NCBI RefSeq assembly: GCF_009914755.1
Contig: NC_060946.1
Source: the human T2T-CHM13v2.0 reference genome, Homo sapiens
Length of the DNA stretch: 64,000 nt
Direction: 5' to 3' (one strand)
Position numbers and translations under genes: made by a program. Positions within the stretch are counted from its first letter, which is position 1; each line of letters begins with the position of its first letter. The notes under the pieces are model-generated. The model was not told the origin of the DNA. It saw nothing but the letters and a program-made list of their open reading frames with translations, and ran no database searches. This document shows, in pieces, positions 1 to 14,689 of the stretch.

Positions 1-295
1 ATGTTGCTGATGCTGACTTGCTCTTTTCTTTCAGTCTTAGCAAATAAAGAGGGAGTTTACTTTTCTTGATACCAGAAGATAACAGGAGAAAGTAGGTGAA
101 ACTCCCGAAAGCTGTTATCGTTTCCACCCTCAGGATGAATCACACAAGGAGTCACCTGCACTTCATTTGGATGATAAATAAATGAGATGGATCTTAGAGT
201 TGGTGCTGATCTAGTCAATGATTTGGGATGTTGGGCTGAGGTGAATGTGTTTCACAGGTGAGAAAGACATGAGTTTTAGAGTCCATAGTGTGGAG

Positions 296-553
296 GGTTA
301 TTGGCTGAAGTGTGCCCCGAGAATTCATACAATGAAGCTCTAATCACAGTGCATGAATGAATTGGAACATAGGGTCTTTAATGGGGTGATTAAGTGAAAA
401 TGAAGCCAGTAGGATGGGTTCTTTTCTATCTGACAGGTGTCCTCTGAAGATGAAGAAATTTGAGCACACAGAAATGAGACACCATAGATGAGCATGCAGA
501 GGAAAGATCACGTGAGGACACAGAAGAAGGGAGTGATTTGCAAGCCAAGGAGA
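296..553 (+). mobile_element. MLT1-type MaLR LTR, 5' part, interrupted by the next LTR
   Basis: MLT1-like text 'ggctgaagtgtgcccc...atagggtcttt...gtgaggacacag...gcaagccaaggag'. Confidence 0.6.
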
Positions 554-1123
<570 letters not shown>

Positions 1124-1247
1124 GGATCTGAGACTCCCATGCTGCCCTTCCCTCCAGCCCTACAGGCAGGCTCTGCAGAGAGTGAATCACCAGTAAATAC
1201 ACAAACAAATATGATTACGTTCCTTTTGTTTAAGAAGTAGAGGAATG

Positions 1248-1573
<326 letters not shown>

Positions 1574-1585
1574 AGTAGAGGAATG

Positions 1586-2640
1586 ATTGAATATATTAAG
1601 TGAAAATAAGGAATACCAACACAAAGAAAAATTTAACTGTAAGTATGGTTAAAAATACACTGGGTGAGATAGACAAGTTAGATGTCGCAAAACAAGAGAT
1701 TAGCAAACTGTATAGTGTAACACTAGAAACTATTCAAAATGAAACACATAGCAAAAAATAACGATAAAAATAAACAGCATCAATGAGATGTAGGAGAACT
1801 TCAGACAGGCTAATATACGTGTAATTGAAGTCCTCAGAATAGAAGATGGGGTAAGAATGAAAAGAAAAAATATTTGAATGAATAATGACAAAATATGTTC
1901 CACATTTGGTGAAAACCATAAACTGATATAACCCAGAAGCTCGATAAAACTTAAGCATAGGAAACACAAAGAAAACAACTCCAAAACACATCATAATCAA
2001 ATTAATAAAATCTAGTGATGAAAAGTAGTCATTTAGGACAAAACTACAAAGAGCAGATTTCTCATTAGGAGCAATGCAAGCAAGAAGATAGTGAAGCAAT
2101 GTCTTGAAAATAATAACATGCAAAATCCAACAACCTTGAATTCTTTATCCACCAGAAACATCTTTCAAAACTGGAGGCAAAATAAGACTTTTTCAGACAT
2201 GTGAAATCCTACAGAATTGATCACCATTAGACTCTCGCTATTAGAAATGATAAAGGACACCCCTAAACAGAAAGAAAATAATCCTACATTGAAATGTGGT
2301 TTGACACAAAGAAATGAAAAATCAGATATGGTAGCTACCTGGATCAATTAGAAACCTCTGTATTATGTAATGTCTATAAAAAGAACAGTAATGTCTATAA
2401 AGAGAACTGTTCAGAGAAAAATTAATAAGAATACATTATGATTTGTAATAAAAATAAAAGCAAACTATATGACAAAGCAGAAAAGCGAAGGTGGGTGAAG
2501 AACATGTAATAATGGTTTTGTACTATATGTGAATATATAATAGCACCTGAAGGTAGATTTTGGTAAGTTATGTATTTACTGTATACCCTAAAACAACCAT
2601 TAAAATAAAACCCTCAACAAAAAAGAAATATGGCTAGTAC
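1586..2640 (+). mobile_element. Old L1 (L1M-type) ORF1-region fragments
   Basis: A-rich L1-like text ('acacatcataatcaaatt', 'gcagatttctcattagg'); paralogous copies at ~12.0-13.7 kb and ~46.6-48.1 kb. Confidence 0.6.
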
Positions 2641-3060
2641 GCTATATTAGGCTTGTCCACCAAAAATTAATAGGATATGTATGGATATGAATATATATGT
2701 ATAATGTATCTATATGGTGAGAGAGACAGACAGAAACTTATTTTAAGAAGCTGGTTCATACAATAGTGGTGGCTGATGGACAAAATCTGTTGGGCAGGCT
2801 ATAGGCTGGAAATTTAGGTAAGAGTTGATATTGCCGTCCTGAGTTCAAATTCTGCAAGAAGCTAATGTTTCCCCAAGACAGCATCAGCTGTTATTATGCA
2901 CACTGGCTCCAAATCGAGGAAAGTGTCCCCCCTGACCATTAGCAGAGCTCATGCCAAGAACAAGGCTGATCATTAACATCAATCACTGGGAAACTTCAGT
3001 ATTTATTCTAAAAACCTTGAACTCATTAATGAGACTCACACACATTGTGGAAAGTAGTAT

Positions 3061-3743
3061 TGATACAGGAGACAGAAATTATTTAGGCAGATAGTGAGGG
3101 TGACAGGGTCCTCAGCAGAGCTTCTCATCTAACAAAAAGCAGCCCTAAAAATCATTTCTTTTATAACAAAGAGCAGCCTGAAAAAACCGTGCTGCAAACA
3201 TAGATAAGCAAGCTGGAAGCTTGCATGGGGCAATGCCAGCAGCTATGCCAATAGAAAAGTACTACCTGGGGGTCAGCCATGTCCAACATGGAGGCTCCAT
3301 CTTCCCTTTTTTTGTCACCATGTGTATAGCAATAGAGAAATGGGCAACATGGAGCAGCTCAGGCAGATAACCCACCTGCGTAATAACAGATTAGGGCAGG
3401 GTTGGCCAGAAATGTGCACCCTATGCAAATGGTACACCTAGTCCTAATCAGTTTTTCATGCCCTGTGCAAGTAGCACACCTGGTCTAACCAGTCTTTGAC
3501 ACCCACCTTATGTAGATCAGATACTGCCTCCTCACCAGCTCATCTATAAAATTCCCTACATTTCACTGCAGATCCGGCAACCCATTTTTCTGGGTCCCCT
3601 CTCTGCAGCAGAGAGCTATTATCTTTCTTTCACCTATTAAACTTCTGCTGTCAACCTCATTTGTTGTCAGATCATGTCCTAGTTTTCCATGGCCCTGAGA
3701 CAATGAACTTTGAGTATTCACCCCAGACAATGAGGCTATTTCA
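3061..3743 (+). mobile_element. ERV1-class solo LTR
   Basis: TG...CA termini, CCAAT and TATAAAA, ATTAAA polyA signal, near-perfect 4-bp TSD (gtat/atat). The paralogous site at ~13995 is empty. Confidence 0.75.
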
Positions 3744-4084
3744 ATATGCTTATACAAAGTCTACTGGTTTGAATATTTATCACATTTGAAAAATATCTTC
3801 ATGACAATGTCTACACTGGTGCTTAACAAAATCAACCTGGTACCATGTCTTAGCCAATCTGACACTTAAAATTCACCACCACTTAAGCCAGGAGCTAAAG
3901 AAAACCAATTTTTAAAAATAAATTTCAAAAGAGAGAAAAAGGAAAGAGGAACAATGAACATATAAGACAAATAGAAAAAAAGAGCAAGATGGTATATTTT
4001 AACAAAGTATATTCCTAATCACATTAACTATAAATGGTCTAAATACCACAATTAAAAGGCAGGTATTATCATCTATATTCTAAA

Positions 4085-5160
4085 GGAGTTCAGGTAGGGT
4101 TGGTATGCTTTCTTCCATAAAAATGTGATACCAGTGAAGCTATTTGGGTATAGGTGGGCTTTTCTTAGCACGGAGATTTTAAATTGCTACTTTAATATCT
4201 TTAAGTGTCATAGACTTATTCAGATTTTCTATGTATTCATGAGTCAATTTTCATAATTTATGTCTTTCCAGAAATTTTACTTCATTTATCTATAATTTTG
4301 GCATTTACTGTTCATAATATTCCCTATAACCATTCTCACCCTTTTAGTGTCTATAGTGATGTCATTATTTTAGCCATGGTTTTGGCAACTTGTGTTTCTT
4401 TTTCTTTTTTTTATCATGGTCACTTTACCTAAAGATAAAAATCTATTGATTTTATTAATCTTTTTGAAGAGCCAAGTGTTTTTTTTTTTTTTTTTGAGGT
4501 TTTCTATTGTTTTCCTATTTTCTATTTCATGAATGTTTGGCTGTGATCCCTATTATTACCCTCTATTCACTTAGAATTTGAATGTTCACCTTTTTTAGGT
4601 TTATGAGGTAGAAGCTTAGATTATTTTCTTTAATTCTTTCTTCTTTCCAATACTAAGCATTTAATGCCATAGTTTTTCTTCAAAGCAGACTTAGCTGCAT
4701 TCCTTAAATTTTAATATGTTGTGTTTTTATGTTTAAAAAGGTTCAGTATCTTCTAATTTATGTTGTGATTTTTCTTTGATTCATGGATTACTTAACAGTC
4801 TGTTCTTTCACTTTCAAATAATTGAAGATTTCCTATGGTTCTTCCGGTATTAATTCAAGTTAATTAGTTAATTCTGCATTAAATTATATCTTCTATGATT
4901 TTCATCCTTTCAAATTTATCAATATTTGATTTATAGCCTAAACTATGAACTATCATGAAAAATGTTCCATATGTATTTGAAAAGATAACATGTATTCTGC
5001 TGTTGTGGGTGCAGTTTTCTACAAATTTATTATAATTAAGATAACTTGGCAAATGGTTCAAATCTATATTCTTACTAGATTTCTGTGTAGTTATTTTGTA
5101 GATCTCTGAGACAGAGCTATTGAAATGAACAACACAAACTGTAGAATTTCCCAATGATTA
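4085..5160 (-). mobile_element. Old L1 ORF2 fragment
   Basis: T-rich. ORF 4879-5154(-) has endonuclease-like residues (YGTFFMIVHSLGYKSNIDKF). Confidence 0.7.
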
Positions 5161-5339
5161 TTTTGAGAGAGATCATTTTTAAAATCATGGATCTAAATAA
5201 TTTATTCTCCTCACAAAATGTCTTCTATGATTTCCAAATACTAATCAAGGGAAGAAGGCAGAGTTAAACTCACACTTGTAGATACCACGGGAACAGTGAG
5301 TGATCATGTGATGTGCCTCCAGAGGTTAGGCTAATGTAG

Positions 5340-5672
<333 letters not shown>

Positions 5673-7541
5673 GGTTTTTTTTTTTTTTTTAAATCACACA
5701 GTTGGGCTAAAATATCCATGAAAAAATTTGAAGCATGTACCTTGAATAAAATATGAAAATCAAAAAAGTTAATTGCACACGTACAACATTGTTACCACGG
5801 TGCCTGCCGCATGGGAAATGAACAACAAGTGTTATTAATTCAATTCTATTTTCTTACACATTCAATGAATATGTATTGAAACAAATTCACTGAATGGTCC
5901 CAGATACTGAATAGGTCCTTGAGATGTACTGGCAAACAAGACAAAAAAAAAAATACATGTTCTCCGGGTGGCCTCATGGAAGATGGTGGAGTAAGAAGCT
6001 CCAAGAAATGGTCCCTCCTGTGATATAACTATTGAAGTGGCAAGAACCATCAGCATTCACTCTAATAAAACTATGGTATCTCATCCCATATTTGCAGCAT
6101 CCAGGGAAGAGCTGAAGAAGAAAGAGACAGGCTTAAGGAAGTCTCTGTCAGGTAGATCTCTGACCACAGAGATAACTGAACAGAAATTTCGTGGATCACT
6201 CTGACAAGAAAGGTAGTCCTTGCGAAAATATTCAGGAAAAGTCACAACACAAATAAACAACTGCACCCCTCAGATGAACAACTGCACAATATCAGCCAAG
6301 GGGCATAATCTGATAATCTGATCCTGGGAGTTAACAACATCACAATATTCAAAATACTCAGATCTCAACAAAAATTTGCACAGCATACAAAGTCACAAGA
6401 GAGCACGACTCATTCCCAGAAAAATAATCGACTGAAAATCTTCCTTAAGAAGCATTCATTTGCTCCCATCTTCTCCCTTGGTTATATAACACGTCCTTCC
6501 ACATATACTTGATTAGAGCTTGTGCCCCACAAACATGCCTGGCATGTACATTAGTGACTTCTGAGAGGGAGGTGGGGGCAGGAAACAGTCCCTCTGGATA
6601 CATTTCGCATCACATGAACCAGTGAACACATCTCTGCAAGGTCCTGCATTCTAATAAACAAGATTTTTCTGTTTAAAAGAAAACTTAAGTCTTTCAGAAA
6701 ACTGCATTTCAAAAGGGAACCTTGTCTCTGCTGCTTGGGCTGCAGTGAGGACAGATTTACTAAGTGCTGGTTGCTGTGTTTTGTCTTCTAGTGTGGGTAC
6801 ACACATCTAGAAAAGTTTTAAAGAAGATTGGGGAACCCCCACCCAGCACTGGTGGGACTTTGAGTTTGCTACGGTTGTGAACAGAACATGGAACAGAGGA
6901 CAAGGTGGCCCCTCCTGAAGATGAGAGTTTTGCTTCTTGCTGGAAGTCCCTGGACTCCTGGAGTGTTCTCAGGGGACCTCTTAACAGGATCTCAAGGGAA
7001 AGAATCCAGGGTACTGGATCCACACAATCAACCTCACGGATTTCTGAGTAGGTCATTAACCTATCATGCCTTTAGCGTTATCTCAAATTATACATGGTAT
7101 CATCTCAACTAATGTCTAAAACAATATACGGCATAGATATCTAAAGAACTAGTGGTACATGGAGGATGGCTTTCTACCTCTGAGCCCTAGAAGGGACTGT
7201 GGGCCTTGGTTTGGGGACTCTAATGACTCTAAGTCCCCTGGTAGTGCTCAAGTGCAAAGGGAATGACTGACGCTTTTTTTGAGGCCCCTTCTATTGTGTA
7301 AAATTTATTCTGTACTTGTGACACCCACCTGGTCCTTCTTCTGAACATGGGAAATTGCCAAGATGAAGTCTCCAGGCTAACGGCTCAGACAGGAGCTCAG
7401 ATAAACATGCTGGGAAGTGGAGAGCAAATTGACATTCAAAGCTCCTCCCAACAAGCTTCAAGAAGAGGGTAACACAAGAAGTCCTTGTAACCAGGTTCCA
7501 CGGGGCAGCCTCAAGCAGAGCTCTTGGAAGTCCCTCCCACC

Positions 7542-8077
7542 ACGGTCTGGGTCTCCTTCTACCTCCTGCCCTTCATTTTCTCCACAGGTCAGAACATCCA
7601 GGGAATTCAGGGAAACCCTTTCACTGCTATTTCTCCACAAGCTCCAATCCTCAGGGGCATTCTTTCCAGTTCTCCCGAGCATTCGGCATCATTCATGAAA
7701 TTCTATGTTTCCAGGTCTCTGTGCTCTGGCTGTGCTAACTCAGCCCCCGTCTGCATCTGCCTCACTGGGAGCCTCAGTCAAGCTCACCTGCACCCTGAGC
7801 AGTGAGCACAGTACCTACATCATCAAATGGTATCAACAGAGACCAGAGAGGTCCCCCTAGTATATAATGAAGTTTCACAGCGATGGCAGACACAGAAAGG
7901 AGGACAGGATCCCCAATTGCTTCTCGGGCTCCAGCTCTGGGGCTGACTGCTCCCTCACCATGTCCAACCTCCAGTCTGAGGACGAGGCTGAGTATCACTA
8001 TGGAGAGAGCCACAAGATTGATGGCCAGGATGGGTGAGCCACACACAGTGACACAAAGGGAAAGTGAGGCCAAAACC
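7542..8077 (+). pseudogene. IGLV4-subgroup pseudogene, close paralog of IGLV4-3
   Basis: Leader 7542-7587 starts ACG instead of ATG. V exon from 7715 ([40 protein letters not shown]). In-frame TAG at 7858-7860; second Cys changed to Tyr (7999-8001). RSS CACAGTG 8044-8050 with only an 18-nt spacer to GCCAAAACC. Octamer degenerate (ATTGACAT). Confidence 0.93.
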
Positions 8078-8429
8078 CCCCACCTCCCCTTTCTCCTCAG
8101 GGACTCAGAGTCAGCAGTCACATGTCCCCTTCCAAGTCCCTGAGACTTCTGACTCTCCTCCTGCAGAGACACCCCTAGGCAGAGGCAGATGCAGGCCATG
8201 ATTTAGGCCATTTTGACAACTCATCATTCTGTCTCCTCAACACCAGTCTGTGGGGACCATACTAGGAGAGACCAGAGCAGCCCAGGCAGAAGGACCCTGA
8301 GAGAGTGGCCAGGCTGAGATGACCGTGTCCCAGTGTCTCACTGTGCCCTGTGCTCCCTTACCGGGCTCTGCCCCAGGAAAGGACATGGATCTTGACCTGT
8401 CACCCCCCATTTATGAGAGTTCAATGTGT

Positions 8430-10060
8430 GTGCATCCTCGTTAGCACTTGATATTGTCAGTTTTTCCTTAAAGTCTTTCAGATAGAGCTGTAGCGATATC
8501 TAATTATGTTTTTAACTTTTATTTCTTTAATGACTTATTATGCTAAGTATCTTTTCAGGTACTTATCTGTGCTTTGTATGTCTTCTTTGGTGAAATATTT
8601 AATCAAATCTTTGCATTTTTAAAATTCAGGTTTCTCAGGTTCACATTTCCTCATGTATTTGTATGAGTTTATATGCATGCATGTGTGTCTATGCATTCCA
8701 TTCTGTGTGATTTCCCAACATGTATCAGCACAGGTATCCACCACTACAATCAAGACACAAACCAGGTCCATCACAACATTTCCTGGTGTTTCCCTTTGAT
8801 AATATCTACCTCCTCCCACCCAGTTCCCTCCCTTGCCCAACCCTGGCAACCACTGATTTGGTTCCCTATTCCTAAAATTTTGTCTTGCAAAAACGTGATA
8901 CAAATACAACCCTATTGTAGTAGACAGACTTTGGGGTTGGAATTTTTTACTTAGCATCATTCCCTATAAAGTCATTGGAAAGGTGTGTGTATCAATAGTC
9001 AGTTCCTTTCAATTGCTGAGCAGTATCTCTTGGTATTAGTTTAACAAAACCTGATGAATTACTCACCCACCGAAGGGTATCTGGATTGTTTTCAGTTTGG
9101 AGCTACTACACCTGAGGGTGCTACGAACATCAGTTTGTATGTTTCTTGTGAACATAAGTATTCAGTTCTTTGAAATGAAGGTCCAATATTATAATTGCTG
9201 TGTCATACACTAATTAGGTCTTTAGTTTTCTGAGAAGCTGACAAACTGTTTCCTGAAGTGAATGTAACATTTTTTTCTGGCCAGTAATGAAGGAATGATC
9301 AAATTTCTCTGCTTCTTTGGGAATTGTGTGTTTTTACTCTTTTTTTAGGTAACTATTGTGATAGGTGTGTAGTGATATTCCATTTTTTAAAATTTCGTGT
9401 CTCTGATCGTTAATGATGATCACCTTGTCCTGTGCTTATTTGCCATCTGTATGTCCTCTTTGATCACGTTTGTGCCCTTTGCACATTTTCTAATTAGATT
9501 GTCTTTTGTTTTGCTCTTAACTGGTATTCAGTGTTGGGTGTTTTGTTTTTTTGAGACAGGATTTTACTTTGTCATTCAGCCTGGAGTGGAGTGATGCAAT
9601 CACAGCTCACTGTAGCTTGGACTTTCCTGACTCAAGCAATCCTCTTGCCTCAGCCTCCCAAGTAGCTGGGACAACACGCACACACACTGCCTCACTAATC
9701 GTTTACAGAATTTTCTTTGTAGAGACAAGATCTCCCTATTTGCCCAGGCTGGCCACGAACTCCTTAGGCTCACGCAATCCTCCCTGCTCAACCTCCCAAG
9801 GTGTTAGAATTACAAGCATGAGCCAATGCACTCGGCCGGTTTTCACTGTTCTTTATGTATTTTTTATACTAGTCCTTTACTGGATATGTGATTGGCAAAT
9901 ACTTAATGCCAGTCTGTAGCTTCTGTTCACATCCTCTCAAGAGAGATTTTTGCAGAGCAAAAATTGATGGTTTTGTTAAGGTTCAATTTATCAGTCTTTC
10001 ATTTCATGACTTGTGTACTTGGTGAAGTCTAAGAATTCTTTGCATAGACATAGATCTTGA
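8430..10060 (-). mobile_element. Old L1 (L1MB/MC-like) 3' region containing an antisense AluJ (~9546-9837)
   Basis: Antisense L1 3'-end text ('tgtgcttatttgccatctgtatgtcctcttt'). Confidence 0.65.
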
Positions 10061-10368
<308 letters not shown>

Positions 10369-10404
10369 GATTTTCTCCCATTTTTAATATAAAAATAATA
10401 GTAT

Positions 10405-10743
<339 letters not shown>

Positions 10744-11271
10744 TCACTGAGTTTCATCATGGAATTCTGGCCTCCCAAACACCAGCATGGCCCCTGTTCC
10801 TACAATCTCCTGCTTCAAGATCAACCCAACCCTGCTACCCAGACCAGATGCTAGATGGTCAAGACAGGGCTGTGAGAGCTAAAGAATCTTCAGGGTCCAC
10901 GATGAATTTACATTGGAGCTTCCTTTTCCATGGATATTCACATCAATAGAGAAGATGACTGAGTTCTTGCCTACCTCTGTGAATACCTGAGACATGAACT
11001 GAGATGTGTGTGTGCATATGGTGCGGGCAGCACTTCCTCACTCAATACTAGGGAGAGTGTGAGGAAACTGGATACAGACCTGGAGATAGGGCACATTTTT
11101 ACACTCTCTATTAAGCCCTGTCCTTCTGTGCTCACCAAGGAGTCACCCAACAAGGCCACAACAGGAAGAGAAGCAGGTTTCTATGAAGAGACTTCTCTTT
11201 TTGTGATGGGGGCCCAGGAAGTCCACTGTCTAGCTATGAACTCAGAGGCAGAACTCTGATGCATCTCCACC

Positions 11272-11802
11272 ATGACCTGAATCCCTCTCCTCTACTCACC
11301 CTTCCCGCTGTCGGCACAGGTTCTGCCTTCCAGGGCTCAGCCCCATAAGACTAGGGATCAGCCTGGCCCTGACCTTCAGCTCAGCACAGGGAGTGACGCA
11401 GTGTGTGGGGCTCTGAGAATGAGACCCTCATCTTCAGACTCACCTCTCCTGTCCTATCTTGTAGGCTCAGTGGCCTCCTCTGAGCGGACTCAGTTGCCTG
11501 CAGCGTCTGTGGCTTTGGGACAGAGGGCCAGGATCACCTACCAGGGAGACAGCATAGAATACTTTTATGCAAACTTTTGTACCAGCAGAAGCTAGGACAG
11601 GTCCTTGTGCTGGTAATCTATGGTGACAGCAACTGGCACTCAGTGATTCCTGAACAACTCTCTGACTCCATATCAGAGAACATGGCCACCCTGATAATCA
11701 ATGGGCCCCAGGCTGGAAACAAGGCTATTACTGTCAATCATGAGACAGCACTGATACTCATCTCACAGTGACACAGGCAGACAGGAAAGTGAGACACAAA
11801 CC
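11272..11802 (+). pseudogene. IGLV3-7: IGLV3 pseudogene
   Basis: ATG ACC TGA stop in the leader; V exon from 11465; first Cys changed to Tyr; frameshifts at the Trp codon and at DYYC. RSS intact: CACAGTG 11764-11770, 23 nt, ACACAAACC 11794-11802. Name from gene order. Confidence 0.85.
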
Positions 11803-12290
11803 CCTTCCCACCTATGTCACCCTCCCCCTCCAACCTCAGGAGGACGGTGGTCAGAGCTATAAGCAGGTCTGGCCCAGTTCACTCAGATTTGAGACCCCCA
11901 GGCTGCCCTTCCCTCCAGCCTTCCAGGCAGGCTCAGCAGAGTGTAAATTAAGAGTGGATACACAATGAATTATTAGAATTGTATTTCAGTTTTTCAAGAA
12001 GTAGAGGAATGATTGAACATGTTAAGTGGAAGTATAGAATACCAAAAAAGGACTAATTGAGCTTGTACTGCTAATAATTACAGCATCTGAGACATTAAAA
12101 ACACACTGGATGTGATTAACAACAGATGATGCAACACAAAAGATTAGCAAACTCAATAATGTAGCACTAGAAAATATTCAAAATGCAGCACATAAAGAAA
12201 AAATAATGATGAAAATGAAGAGAGTGTTACAGTATATTTATAGAAAAAATGAAGAGTGAGTTATAGGACAACTTCAAACAGCCTGAGGTT

Positions 12291-12852
12291 GGCTGGGAGG
12301 GGTGGCTCACACCTGTAATCCCAGCACTTTGGGAGGTCTCGGAGGGAGAATCCTTTTGAGACTAGAAGCTCAAGACCAAACTAGACAACATAACGAGACT
12401 TCATCTCTACAAATTTTTTTTAAGAAAATTAACTAGGCATCATAGCCTGCAGCTGTAGTCCTACCTACTTAGGAGCCTGAGACAGGAAGATTGCTTGAGC
12501 CCAGAAATTCAAGATGGCAGTGAGTGAGGTACGATCATGCCACTGCACTCTAACCTGGGACACAGAGCAAGTTCCTGGGTCTCACTCTGTGGTTCAGGCT
12601 GGAGTGCCATGGTGCAATTACAGCTCACTGCAGCCTTGACTTCCCAGGCCCAAGAGATCCTCCCAGCTAAGCCTCCCAAAGTTTCTGGGACTACAGGCAT
12701 GCATCACATGCCTGGTTAATTCTTTGTATTTTTTGTAGAGATGGGGTTCTCCCTATGTTGCCCAGGCTGGTCACAAACTCCTGGGCTCGAGCAATCCTCC
12801 CGACTCAGCCCCACAAAGTGTTGGGATTACAAGCATAAGCCACGCCACCTGA
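12291..12852. mobile_element. Tail-to-tail pair of old Alus fused without A tails
   Basis: Sense Alu 12291-~12576 joined directly to antisense Alu ~12577-12852. Confidence 0.85.
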
Positions 12853-13733
12853 TGTGAAGAAATATTTAAATACAACAACCTAAAGTATGTATAATTGACA
12901 TCCATGGAATAGAAAAGATGAGGTGGAGGGTCAGTAGAAAATATATTTGAATAAATAATGGCCAAATATGTTCCACATTTGGTGAAAACCAAAAATTGGT
13001 ATATCCAAGAAGGTCAACAAAACTCAAGCACAGGAAACATGAAGAAAACAACTCCAAAACACATCATAATCAAATTATAAAATCTAGTAATGAATACCCA
13101 CTTTAAAGTTTAATTCCAAGAGCACATCTCTCATTAGAAGTAATGCAAGGCACAGTGGAACAATATTTCGAAAATGCTGAAAGGAAAAACTTGTGAACCT
13201 TCTGTTATTTATCTAACAGAAATAACATTCAAGAGCGGAGGGTAAATAAAATGTTTTCAGACACATAAAAACTTACAGAATTGATCACTATCACTTTTGG
13301 CATTAGAAATGGTAACAGACATCCATAGACAGAAGGAAAATCATACCCAGTTGAAAAGCAAATTCACACGAAGAAATGAAAACTTCAGATAGGGCAATGA
13401 CATGGATACCTATAGAAACCCCTGTATTATGTTAACATCTATGAAAGATAACTGTTCAAAGGAAAATTAGTAAAAAAATCACTGTGATTTATTGTGAAAA
13501 CAAAATTAAATTATATGACAAACAGCACAAAAGCAGAGAGGAGTGAAGAACATGTTATAATGGTCTTATACCCTGTATGAATATCTAATCACACTTGAAG
13601 ACAGATTTTGGTAAGTTATATATGTACCATTAACCCTGAAGTAATTATTAAAATAAACCCTTTTAACAAAAAAGAATTATGACTAGTAGTAACCTGTATT
13701 AGGATTCTCCACAGAAACAATATCAATCAGATA

Positions 13734-13736
<3 letters not shown>

Positions 13737-13768
<32 letters not shown>
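13737..13768. repeat. (GT)n microsatellite
   Basis: About 16 GT units. Confidence 0.95.
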
Positions 13769-13770
<2 letters not shown>

Positions 13771-14689
13771 TGAGAGAAAAAAGAGTGAAAGAAATGTATT
13801 TTGAGGAAGTGGATCATATGATTGTAGTGGCTGACAAGGATTAAATCTGTTGGGCATGCTGAAGTCTGGAAATTCAAATAAGAGTTAATGTTGCGGTCAT
13901 GCATGCAAATTTAGCAAGCCAGCACATCAGGAAATCTCCATATTTGTTCTAAATACCTTCAACTCACTAATGAGTCCCACCTACATTGTGCAGAGCAATC
14001 TGCTTATACAAGGTCAACTAATTAAAATGTTCATCACATCTGAAAAGTATCTTCATGTTAACTCCTATACTGGTGTTTGACAAAATCAACCTGGCCCATA
14101 TCCTAGCCTATCTGACACTTAAAATTAACCATCATTTAAGCCAGAAAGAAAATTTTAAAAATATTTCTAAAAATAAATCAGAAAAGGAAACAATAGAAGG
14201 GGAAAAATAACGAACATATGGGATGAATAAAAAATGAGGAGCAAGAAGGTATATTTCAGTAGGATTATATTACTAATCTCATTAATTGTAAATGGTCTAA
14301 ATATCACAACTAAAATATTGTCAAATTGAAATTAACAGCAAGACTCAACTATATATGCTACCTAGAATAAACCTACTTGAAATTTTAGAACCACAAAAAG
14401 CCAAATACAAATCAAGGACAATCTTCCCAACCCCTGGTTTCCCAACAAAGCATTACAAACCGAATTCACAGGGATTAACACATAGTTAAAAAATATGTCT
14501 CACCTCCACCAACACTCTTACCTCTCTTCAGCCTCTAATGCCTAGATCCCAGTACCAGAGTTGCAAGAAAACAGGGCACACAAATGTTAAATCAAGGTTA
14601 CTAAGGGTCACCCTCAAGAGGTAGGTGAAAAGAGAATGAGGGAATTGAAGCCACAAGGGTCCCACTTGCATGGGGCAGCTCCTGCATCA

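Noticed and set aside
7774-8199. Antisense ORF apparently conserved with 44666-45082
   Set aside because: Shadow of the duplicated IGLV4 exons; no independent evidence of coding.
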